From Escherichia coli (GTDB taxonomy: Bacteria > Pseudomonadota > Gammaproteobacteria > Enterobacterales > Enterobacteriaceae), in NCBI RefSeq assembly GCF_003334315.1, contig NZ_QOWR01000020.1: a DNA stretch of 64,000 nucleotides, one strand, 5' to 3'. Position numbers and translations under genes: made by a program. Shown piece by piece: positions 51,282 to 61,224 of this stretch (position 1 is the stretch's first letter; each line of letters opens with the position of its first letter). The notes under the pieces are model-generated. The model did not search any database. It saw only the letters and a list, made by a program, of their open reading frames with translations, and had not been told where the DNA came from.

Positions 51282-52433
51282 TTAATGCCAGCAAAAATGG
51301 TGAATTACCTGGGTTATCAGTTCGCGGGTGGGCTTGATAAACCGTGTTTCCAGATATTCATCAGGTTGATGAGCCTGATTAATTGAGCCAGGCCCCAACA
51401 CCAGCGTCGGGCATAACGTTTGAATAAACGGCGCTTCGGTACAGTAGTTCACCACTTCGGTTTTTGCTCCGAGCAATTTCTCAACCACTTCAACCAGTTG
51501 ATGATTCGGTGGGCATTCATAGCCAGGGATCGGCGGATGCAGCTCGTCGACCGTCAGACGACCCGGCCAGCGTTCGCTCACCGGAGCCAATGCATCGTTG
51601 AGCAAACCATTAAGTTCATTGAGTGTCATGCCAGGCAGCGGACGAATATCCATATGCAACTCACAGCAAGCGCAAATACGGTTAGAAGCGTCGCCACCGT
51701 GAATATGCCCGAGGTTGAGCGTAGGGTATGGCACGGTAAACGCTTCGTAGTGATAACGTTCTTTCAGGTTATCGCGCAATTGCAAAATATGCCCGATGGC
51801 GTCGTGCATTAGTTCGATAGCGTTAACTCCGCGTGCTGGATCGCTGGAGTGCCCCGACTGGCCCTGAATACGGATGGCGTTAGAGATATGACCTTTATGT
51901 GCGCGTACCGGTTGTAGTGACGTCGGTTCGCCAATGATGGCGCAATCCGGGCGCAGGGCGGTAGTTTCGGCAAAATAACGCGCTCCGGCCATACTGGTTT
52001 CTTCATCAGCAGTCGCCAGAATGTAGAGCGGTTTTTTCAGTTTCGTGACGTCGACATCGCGTAGCGCATCAAGGATAAACGCAAAAAAGCCTTTCATGTC
52101 GGCGGTGCCTAAGCCGTAAAGCTTGCCGTCATGCTCCGTCAGTGTAAACGGATCGCGCGTCCAGCGACCGTCATCAAATGGCACCGTATCGGTATGCCCC
52201 GCCAGCAACAAGCCGCCAGCCCCCTGTCCGATACTTGCCAGCATATTGAATTTGTTGCGAGTTCCTGGAACAGGCTGCACTTCCACATTGAAGCCCAAAT
52301 CTTTAAACCAGTCCGCCAGCAGAGTGATTAAATCTGCATTGCTTTGATCGAGTGCCTCTTCCGTGGCGCTTATTGAAGGTGTGGCAATCAGAGCGCGGTA
52401 AATCTCGATAAATGGCGGTAATTTGTTTTTCAT
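51282..52433 (-). CDS. argE: Acetylornithine deacetylase (383 aa)
   Basis: Start trimmed to [26 protein letters not shown]; M20 metallopeptidase fold. Confidence 0.95.
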
Positions 52434-52463
52434 TGTTGACACACCTCTGGTCATGATAGTATC

Positions 52464-52498
52464 AATATTCATGCAGTATTTATGAATAAAAATACACT
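52464..52498. promoter_or_regulatory. ARG boxes (ArgR operator) in the divergent argE/argCBH control region
   Basis: AATATTCATGCAGTATTTATGAATAAAAATACACT contains two adjacent TGAAT-N-ATTCA-like palindromes. Confidence 0.55.
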
Positions 52499-52586
52499 AA
52501 CGTTGAGCGTAATAAAACCCACCAGCCGTAAGGTGAATGTTTTACGTTTAACCTGGCAACCAGACATAAGAAGGTGAATAGCCCCG

Positions 52587-53591
52587 ATGTTGAATACGCT
52601 GATTGTGGGTGCCAGCGGCTACGCTGGCGCAGAGCTAGTGACCTATGTAAATCGCCATCCGCATATGAACATAACCGCTTTGACTGTTTCAGCGCAAAGC
52701 AATGATGCGGGAAAGTTAATCTCCGATTTGCATCCGCAGCTAAAAGGCATCGTTGATCTGCCGTTGCAGCCGATGTCGGATATCAGCGAGTTTAGCCCAG
52801 GGGTGGACGTAGTGTTTCTCGCCACCGCCCATGAAGTTAGCCACGATTTAGCGCCGCAGTTTCTTGAAGCGGGCTGCGTGGTGTTCGACCTTTCCGGCGC
52901 GTTTCGTGTTAACGACGCCACCTTCTATGAAAAATATTACGGCTTTACCCATCAATACCCGGAACTGTTGGAACAGGCAGCCTACGGTCTGGCGGAGTGG
53001 TGCGGTAATAAATTAAAAGAAGCGAATTTGATTGCGGTGCCGGGCTGTTATCCGACGGCGGCACAGCTGGCGCTGAAACCGTTGATTGATGCCGATCTTC
53101 TTGACCTCAATCAGTGGCCGGTGATCAACGCCACCAGCGGCGTGAGCGGTGCAGGGCGTAAAGCGGCCATTTCAAACAGCTTTTGTGAAGTTAGCCTGCA
53201 ACCGTATGGCGTCTTTACTCATCGCCATCAACCAGAGATCGCCACACACCTCGGTGCTGACGTTATCTTCACCCCACATCTGGGCAATTTCCCGCGCGGC
53301 ATTCTCGAAACCATTACCTGCCGCCTGAAATCGGGTGTGACCCAGGCGCAAGTCGCGCAAGTGTTACAGCAGGCGTATGCCCATAAACCGCTGGTGCGGC
53401 TGTATGACAAAGGCGTTCCGGCGCTGAAAAATGTCGTTGGGCTGCCATTTTGCGATATCGGGTTTGCCGTTCAGGGCGAGCATCTGATTATTGTGGCGAC
53501 CGAAGACAACTTACTGAAAGGCGCGGCGGCACAAGCGGTACAGTGCGCCAATATTCGTTTCGGCTATGCGGAAACGCAGTCTCTTATTTAA
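52587..53591 (+). CDS. argC: N-acetyl-gamma-glutamyl-phosphate reductase (334 aa)
   Basis: [18 protein letters not shown] Rossmann N-terminus; active-site Cys in VPGCYPT. Confidence 0.96.
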
Positions 53592-53598
53592 GGGTGCA

Positions 53599-54375
53599 AT
53601 GATGAATCCATTAATTATCAAACTGGGCGGCGTACTGCTGGATAGTGAAGAGGCGCTGGAACGTCTGTTTAGCGCACTGGTGAATTATCGTGAGTCACAT
53701 CAGCGTCCGCTGGTGATTGTGCACGGCGGCGGTTGCGTGGTGGATGAGCTGATGAAAGGGCTGAATCTGCCGGTGAAAAAGAAAAACGGCCTGCGGGTGA
53801 CGCCTGCTGATCAGATAGACATTATCACCGGAGCACTGGCGGGAACGGCAAATAAAACCCTGTTGGCATGGGCGAAGAAACATCAGATTGCGGCCGTAGG
53901 TTTGTTTCTCGGTGACGGCGACAGCGTCAAAGTGACCCAGCTTGATGAAGAGTTAGGTCATGTTGGACTGGCGCAGCCAGGTTCGCCTAAGCTTATCAAC
54001 TCCTTGCTGGAGAACGGTTATCTGCCGGTGGTCAGCTCCATTGGCGTAACAGACGAAGGGCAACTGATGAACGTCAATGCCGACCAGGCGGCAACGGCGC
54101 TGGCGGCAACGCTGGGCGCGGATCTGATTTTGCTCTCCGACGTCAGCGGCATTCTCGACGGCAAAGGGCAACGCATTGCCGAAATGACCGCCGCGAAAGC
54201 AGAACAACTGATTGAGCAGGGCATTATTACTGACGGCATGATAGTGAAAGTGAACGCGGCGCTGGATGCGGCCCGCACGCTGGGCCGTCCGGTAGATATC
54301 GCCTCCTGGCGTCATGCGGAGCAGCTTCCGGCACTGTTTAACGGTATGCCGATGGGTACGCGGATTTTAGCTTAA
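53599..54375 (+). CDS. argB: Acetylglutamate kinase (258 aa)
   Basis: Start trimmed to [23 protein letters not shown]; amino-acid kinase fold. Confidence 0.95.
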
Positions 54376-54435
54376 GTTTTGTTGGCCGGAGGCGCAGCTT
54401 TCCGGCATTGAATTTCAAAATAAGGAAACAGAGTT

Positions 54436-55809
54436 ATGGCACTTTGGGGCGGGCGTTTTACCCAGGCAGCAGATCAACGGTTCAAACAATTCAACGACTC
54501 ACTGCGCTTTGATTACCGTCTGGCGGAGCAGGATATTGTTGGCTCTGTGGCCTGGTCCAAAGCCCTGGTCACGGTAGGCGTGTTAACCGCAGAAGAGCAG
54601 GCGCAACTGGAAGAGGCGCTGAACGTGTTGCTGGAAGATGTTCGCGCCAGGCCACAACAAATCCTTGAAAGCGACGCCGAAGATATCCATAGCTGGGTGG
54701 AAGGCAAACTGATCGACAAAGTGGGCCAGTTAGGCAAAAAGCTGCATACCGGGCGTAGCCGTAATGATCAGGTAGCGACTGACCTGAAACTGTGGTGCAA
54801 AGATACCGTTAGCGAGTTACTGACGGCTAACCGGCAGCTGCAATCGGCGCTGGTGGAAACCGCACAAAACAATCAGGACGCGGTAATGCCAGGTTACACT
54901 CACCTGCAACGCGCCCAGCCGGTGACGTTCGCGCACTGGTGCCTGGCCTATGTTGAGATGCTGGCGCGTGATGAAAGCCGTTTGCAGGATGCGCTTAAGC
55001 GTCTGGATGTCAGCCCGCTAGGCTGTGGCGCGCTGGCGGGAACGGCCTATGAAATCGACCGTGAACAGTTAGCAGGCTGGCTGGGCTTTGCTTCGGCGAC
55101 CCGTAACAGTCTCGACAGCGTTTCTGACCGTGACCATGTGTTGGAACTGCTTTCTGCTGCCGCTATCGGCATGGTGCATCTGTCGCGTTTTGCTGAAGAT
55201 CTGATTTTCTTTAACACCGGCGAAGCGGGGTTTGTGGAGCTTTCTGACCGCGTGACTTCCGGTTCATCATTAATGCCGCAGAAGAAAAACCCGGATGCGC
55301 TGGAGCTGATTCGCGGTAAATGCGGCCGGGTGCAGGGGGCGTTAACCGGCATGATGATGACGCTGAAAGGTTTGCCGCTGGCTTACAACAAAGATATGCA
55401 GGAAGACAAAGAAGGTCTGTTCGACGCGCTCGATACCTGGCTGGACTGCCTGCATATGGCGGCGCTGGTGCTGGACGGCATTCAGGTGAAACGTCCACGT
55501 TGCCAGGAAGCGGCTCAGCAGGGTTACGCCAACGCCACCGAACTGGCGGATTATCTGGTGGCGAAAGGCGTACCGTTCCGCGAGGCGCACCATATTGTTG
55601 GTGAAGCGGTGGTGGAAGCCATTCGTCAGGGCAAACCGCTGGAAGATCTGCCGCTCAGTGAGTTGCAGAAATTCAGTCAGGTGATTGACGAAGATGTCTA
55701 TCCGATTCTGTCGCTGCAATCGTGCCTCGACAAGCGTGCGGCAAAAGGCGGCGTCTCACCGCAGCAGGTGGCGCAGGCGATTGCTTTTGCGCAGGCTCGG
55801 TTAGGGTAA
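54436..55809 (+). CDS. argH: Argininosuccinate lyase (457 aa)
   Basis: [23 protein letters not shown]; fumarase/aspartase signature [12 protein letters not shown]. Confidence 0.97.
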
Positions 55810-55832
55810 GAACATTTATATGTATAAATTTG

Positions 55833-55859
55833 AGCCTGGCTTATCGCCGGGCTTTTTTA
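55833..55859 (+). terminator. Intrinsic terminator downstream of argH
   Basis: AGCCTGGC-TTATC-GCCGGGCT (one G-U wobble) followed by TTTTTT. Confidence 0.55.
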
Positions 55860-55863
55860 TGGC

Positions 55864-55980
55864 AAAAAAAAGCGGATCCTGGAGATCCGCAAAAGTTCAC
55901 GTTGGCTTTAGTTATTCGAGTTGAGAAACTCTCGAAACGGGCAGTGACTTCAAGGGTTAAAAGAGGTGCCGCTCCGTTTC
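55864..55980 (-). ncRNA. oxyS: Oxidative-stress small RNA OxyS (~109 nt)
   Basis: Minus strand reads GAAACGGAGCGGCACCTCTTTTAACCCTTGAAGTCACTGCCCGTTTCGAGAGTTTCTCAACTCGAATAACTAAAGCCAACGTGAACTTTTGCGGATCTCCAGGATCCGCTTTTTTTT, matching OxyS as I recall it, including its terminator hairpin; divergent from oxyR. Confidence 0.88.
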
Positions 55981-56075
55981 TGTGAGCAATTATCAGTCAG
56001 AATGCTTGATAGGGATAATCGTTCATTGCTATTCTACCTATCGCCATGAACTATCGTGGCGATGGAGGATGGATA
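55981..56075. promoter_or_regulatory. oxyS / oxyR divergent promoter region with OxyR binding site
   Basis: 95-bp spacer between the OxyS 5' end and the oxyR ATG; the site is inferred from the known autoregulatory architecture and not delimited. Confidence 0.5.
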
Positions 56076-56993
56076 ATGAATATTCGTGATCTTGAGTACC
56101 TGGTGGCATTGGCTGAACACCGCCATTTTCGGCGTGCGGCAGATTCCTGCCACGTTAGCCAGCCGACGCTTAGCGGGCAAATTCGTAAGCTGGAAGATGA
56201 GCTGGGCGTGATGTTGCTGGAGCGGACCAGCCGTAAAGTGTTGTTCACCCAGGCGGGAATGCTGCTGGTGGATCAGGCGCGTACCGTGCTGCGTGAGGTG
56301 AAAGTCCTTAAAGAGATGGCAAGCCAGCAGGGCGAGACGATGTCCGGACCGCTGCACATTGGTTTGATTCCCACAGTTGGACCGTACCTGCTACCGCATA
56401 TTATCCCTATGCTGCACCAGACCTTTCCAAAGCTGGAAATGTATCTGCATGAAGCACAGACCCACCAGTTACTGGCGCAACTGGACAGCGGCAAACTCGA
56501 TTGCGTGATCCTCGCGCTGGTGAAAGAGAGCGAAGCATTCATTGAAGTGCCGTTGTTTGATGAGCCAATGTTGCTGGCTATCTATGAAGATCACCCGTGG
56601 GCGAACCGCGAATGCGTACCGATGGCCGATCTGGCAGGGGAAAAACTGCTGATGCTGGAAGATGGTCACTGTTTGCGCGATCAGGCAATGGGTTTCTGTT
56701 TTGAAGCCGGGGCGGATGAAGATACACACTTCCGCGCGACCAGCCTGGAAACTCTGCGCAACATGGTGGCGGCAGGTAGCGGGATCACTTTACTGCCAGC
56801 GCTGGCTGTGCCGCCGGAGCGCAAACGCGATGGGGTTGTTTATCTGCCGTGCATTAAGCCGGAACCACGCCGCACTATTGGCCTGGTTTATCGTCCTGGC
56901 TCACCGCTGCGCAGCCGCTATGAGCAGCTGGCAGAGGCCATCCGCGCAAGAATGGATGGCCATTTCGATAAAGTTTTAAAACAGGCGGTTTAA
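56076..56993 (+). CDS. oxyR: LysR-family peroxide-sensing regulator OxyR (305 aa)
   Basis: Start trimmed to [40 protein letters not shown] (LysR HTH); redox Cys in GHCLRD. Confidence 0.96.
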   Translation: MNIRDLEYLVALAEHRHFRRAADSCHVSQPTLSGQIRKLEDELGVMLLERTSRKVLFTQAGMLLVDQARTVLREVKVLKEMASQQGETMSGPLHIGLIPTVGPYLLPHIIPMLHQTFPKLEMYLHEAQTHQLLAQLDSGKLDCVILALVKESEAFIEVPLFDEPMLLAIYEDHPWANRECVPMADLAGEKLLMLEDGHCLRDQAMGFCFEAGADEDTHFRATSLETLRNMVAAGSGITLLPALAVPPERKRDGVVYLPCIKPEPRRTIGLVYRPGSPLRSRYEQLAEAIRARMDGHFDKVLKQAV

Positions 56994-58376
56994 ACCGTTT
57001 AACGCAGCTACCCGATAGGCTTCCGCCATCGTCGGGTAGTTAAAGGTGGTGTTGACGAAGTACTCAATAGTGTTGCCGCCACCTTTCTGTTCCATAATCG
57101 CCTGACCGATATGAATAATTTCGGCAGCGCGCTCGCCAAAGCAGTGAATACCCAGAATCTCTTTTGTTTCCCGATGGAACAAAATTTTCAGCGTGCCCAC
57201 GTTCATGCCGACGATTTGTGCGCGTGCCAGATGTTTAAACTGGGCGCGGCCCACTTCATATGGCACTTTCATTGCGGTCAGCTGCTGTTCGGTTTTGCCC
57301 ACAGAGCTGATTTCCGGGATGGTGTAAATACCGGTAGGGATATCTTCAATCAGATGTGCGGTGGCTTCGCCTTTTACCAGCGCCTGCGCGGCAATGCGCC
57401 CCTGGTCATAGGCCGCCGACGCCAGGCTCGGATAACCAATCACGTCGCCCACCGCGTAAACGTGTGGCTGTGCGGTCTGATACATGCTGTTGACCTTCAG
57501 CTGTCCGCGGCTGTCAGTTTCTAGCCCAATGTTCTGTAACGCCAGCGAATCGGTATTACCGGTGCGACCGTTGGCATAGAGCAGGCAGTCAGCTTTCAGT
57601 TTTTTACCCGACTTCAGATGCATGATCACACCATCGTCACAGCCTTCGATCTTCTCGTACTCTTCGTTGTGACGAATCACTACGCCACTGTTCCAGAAGT
57701 GATAGGAGAGAGAATCTGACATCTCTTGATCGAGAAATGCCAGCAGGCGATCGCGGGTGTTGATCAGATCCACTTTTACATCCATACCGCGGAAGATCGA
57801 CGCATATTCACAGCCGATCACTCCAGCACCATAGATAAGTACATGGCGCGGTTCGTGGTGCATGCTGAGAATTGAGTCGCTGTCGTAAATGCGTGGATGG
57901 GTGAAATCAACATCTGTTGGATGATATGGACGAGAGCCGCAGGCAATAACAAATTTTTCAGCGGTTAGTGTTTCAACGCTGCCGTCCGGGCAATCCAGCG
58001 CCAACGTATGCTCGTCAACAAAGCGAGCGTTTCCCTGCAATATTTCACAGTGATTACGTTCGTAAAATCCCTGACGCATGCGCGTTTGTTGATTAATCAC
58101 GTTATCGGCATGGTTAAGGATATCGGCAAAAGAAGAGCGGAGCAGTCGGGAATGGTCGCTGTAAAGTGGGTTTTGATTGAATTCTATAATGCGGCTGACG
58201 GCGTGACGGAGAGCTTTCGACGGGATGGTGCCCCAGTGGGTGCAACCGCCGCCAACATTTTGATAACGCTCGATAACTGCGACGCGCGCACCTTGCTTAA
58301 CCAGGCCCATTGCAGCGCCTTCGCCGCCGGGGCCGGAACCTATTACTATGGCATCGTAATCGTAGGAATGTGGCAT
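56976..58376 (-). CDS. sthA: Soluble pyridine nucleotide transhydrogenase (466 aa)
   Basis: FAD-binding GSGPGG near the N-terminus; disulfide-oxidoreductase fold; 3' end overlaps the oxyR 3' end by 18 bp. Confidence 0.96.
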
Positions 58377-58709
58377 GGTAGGGCTTACCTGTTCTTATAC
58401 ATAAAAGCAACAGAATGGTAACATTTTATCGCGGGTAAGCCAATTGATCCCCGTCATTTATCTGGCTATATCCTGAGCGGCCTTTGCTTTGTCTGTTTCT
58501 TACTTTTGCCCTGACGTTTTATTGGATTTTTATCGACGATACTCTCCGTTTAAGCGGCAGGTTTCCGCTGTACGTAAAAGAACCGGCCAAAGAATTGCAG
58601 TAAATATGTTTTATTGCGTTACCGTTCATTCACAATACTGGAGCAATCCAGTATGTTCATTCTCTGGTATAGTGCCAGCAGTACTTTTGGCAAGGATTCA
58701 GACATCGTG

Positions 58710-59357
58710 ATGGGCGTAAGAGCGCAACAAAAAGAAAAAACCCGCCGTTCGCTGGTGGAAGCCGCATTTAGCCAATTAAGTGCTGAACGCAGCTTCGCCA
58801 GCCTGAGTTTGCGTGAAGTGGCGCGTGAAGCGGGCATTGCTCCCACCTCTTTTTATCGGCATTTCCGCGACGTAGACGAACTGGGTCTGACCATGGTTGA
58901 TGAGAGCGGTTTAATGCTACGCCAACTCATGCGCCAGGCGCGTCAGCGTATCGCCAAAGGCGGGAGTGTGATCCGCACCTCGGTCTCCACATTTATGGAG
59001 TTCATCGGTAATAATCCTAACGCCTTCCGGTTATTATTGCGGGAACGCTCCGGCACCTCCGCTGCGTTTCGTGCCGCCGTTGCGCGTGAAATTCAGCACT
59101 TCATTGCGGAACTTGCGGACTATCTGGAACTCGAAAACCATATGCCGCGTGCGTTTACTGAAGCGCAAGCCGAAGCAATGGTGACAATTGTCTTCAGTGC
59201 GGGTGCCGAGGCGTTGGACGTCGGCGTCGAACAACGTCGGCAATTAGAAGAGCGACTGGTACTGCAACTGCGAATGATTTCGAAAGGGGCTTATTACTGG
59301 TATCGCCGTGAACAAGAGAAAACCGCAATTATTCCGGGAAATGTGAAGGACGAGTAA
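58710..59357 (+). CDS. fabR: TetR-family repressor of unsaturated fatty acid synthesis FabR (215 aa with this start)
   Basis: TetR HTH ([20 protein letters not shown]). ORF-track frame opens at 58614; I chose the ATG giving [20 protein letters not shown], but an upstream in-frame ATG (MFILWYS...) is also possible. Confidence 0.88.
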
Positions 59358-59716
59358 TGAAACAAGCAAATCAAGATAGAGGTACGCTGCTGCTGGCGTT
59401 AGTTGCTGGCTTATCGATTAATGGTACTTTCGCAGCGCTGTTTAGCTCCATTGTGCCATTTTCTGTATTCCCGATTATTTCCCTGGTGCTGACGGTTTAC
59501 TGCCTGCATCAACGTTATCTTAATCGCACTATGCCGGTAGGCTTGCCGGGTCTGGCAGCTGCCTGTTTTATTCTCGGCGTACTGCTGTACAGCACGGTAG
59601 TTCGTGCGGAATATCCGGATATCGGCTCTAACTTCTTCCCGGCAGTACTCTCCGTCATTATGGTGTTCTGGATTGGCGCGAAGATGCGTAACCGTAAGCA
59701 GGAAGTTGCTGAGTAA
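59357..59716 (+). CDS. yijD: Inner-membrane protein YijD (DUF1422), 119 aa
   Basis: ATG overlaps the fabR stop (TAATG); four predicted TM helices. Confidence 0.9.
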
Positions 59717-59724
59717 TCGGTATT

Positions 59725-59750
59725 ATGCCGGATGCTGGCGCATCCGGCAT
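59725..59750. terminator. Hairpin between convergent yijD and trmA (possible bidirectional terminator)
   Basis: ATGCCGGATGC-TGGC-GCATCCGGCAT followed by GGGTTTTAC. Confidence 0.5.
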
Positions 59751-59755
59751 GGGTT

Positions 59756-60856
59756 TTACTTCGCGGTCAGTAATACGCCGCACTCCATATGGTGCGTGTA
59801 GGGGAACTGATCAAACAGAGCCAGACGTTCGACCTTGTGCGTCTGGCTTAATGTTTCCAGATTCTTGCATAACGTTTCCGGGTTACAGGAGATGTACAAA
59901 ATACGCGGATACGCCTGCACCATTTTCTCGGTTTCACTGTCCAGACCGCTGCGCGGTGGGTCGACAAAAATGGTTTCGCACTGATAACTCTTTAAGTCGA
60001 TCCCTTGCAGGCGGTTAAACTCGCGCACACCATTCATCGCCTGAGTAAATTCTTCTGCCGCCATACGAATAATTTGTACGTTATCAATATGGTTAGCTGC
60101 GATGTTGTATTGCGCAGCAGCAACCGACGGCTTAGCGATTTCGGTGGCTAATACCCGATCAAAATTACGCGCCAGCGCTAATGAAAAGTTACCGTTGCCG
60201 CAGTACAGCTCCAGTAAATCGCCTTTTGAGCCTTTGGTTACGTCCAGCGCCCATTCCAGCATCTGAATATTCATCGCCGCGTTCGGCTGGGTAAAGCTGT
60301 TTTCTACCTGACGGTAGATCATCTCTTTCCCTGCGACCGGCAGACGCTCGTCGATGTAATCTTGATCCAGCTCGATTTTGGTTTTCGTTGCCCGACCAAT
60401 CAGATGCACATTCAGATTCTGCGCGCGCAGTGCATCGCGCAGGGCCTCCGCTTCCTGACGCCACTCATCATCCAGCTTCTTATGGTATAGCAGGGAAACC
60501 ACCGCCTGATTACTCAGCGTGGTGAGGTAATCAATCTGGAACAACTTGTGGCGCAGAACGGGATTATTACGCACACCCGCAATCATCGCCGTCATCAACT
60601 GGTTGATAAGTTCACTGGCGGCGGGGAAGCTATCCACGCGGATGCGGCTTTTGGTTTGTTGATCGAAAATGATGTGATACAGGTCATCGCCATCGTGCCA
60701 GATGCGGAACTCCGCGCGCATCCGGTAATGACTGACCGGCGAGCGAAACACTTCCGGAACCAGGTCAGAAAACGGTGCCATCATACTTTGCAAACGTACC
60801 ACTTTTTCGGCTAACTGCGCTTCATACTGTTCTGTTGGAAGGTGTTCGGGGGTCAT
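59756..60856 (-). CDS. trmA: tRNA (uracil54-C5)-methyltransferase (366 aa)
   Basis: [29 protein letters not shown]; SAM-dependent methyltransferase fold. Confidence 0.96.
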
Positions 60857-60984
60857 GATGTATCCTGAAAAATTAAAGTACGCGGCGATTGTAGGGATTG
60901 CTCATCAGATGTCCAGATCTTGATGAATTCCTATTTGTGAGCTACGTCTGGACAGTAACTTGTTACAACCTGTAGCATCCACTT

Positions 60985-61224
60985 GCCGGTCCTGTGAGTT
61001 AATAGGGAATCCAGTGCGAATCTGGAGCTGACGCGCAGCGGTAAGGAAAGGTGCGATGATTGCGTTATGCGGACACTGCCATTCGGTGGGAAGTCATCAT
61101 CTCTTAGTATCTTAGATACCCCTCCAAGCCCGAAGACCTGCCGGCCAACGTCGCATCTGGTTCTCATCATCGCGTAATATTGATGAAACCTGCGGCATCC
61201 TTCTTCTATTGTGGATGCTTTACA
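60985..61224 (+). promoter_or_regulatory. btuB 5' leader carrying the adenosylcobalamin riboswitch
   Basis: Leader GCCGGTCCTGTGAGTTAATAGGGAATCCAGTGCGAATCTGGAGCTGACGCGCAGCGGTAAGGAAAGGTGCG... with B12-box-like AAGCCCGAAGACCTGCCGGCC at ~61124-61146; ends at the btuB ATG. Confidence 0.85.

Noticed and set aside
50902-51294. 130-aa and 112-aa ORFs with internally repeated peptide sequence between ppc and argE
   Set aside because: They are produced by reading through the tandem REP/BIME array; the peptide repetition mirrors the DNA repeat and no ribosome-binding site or domain is evident.
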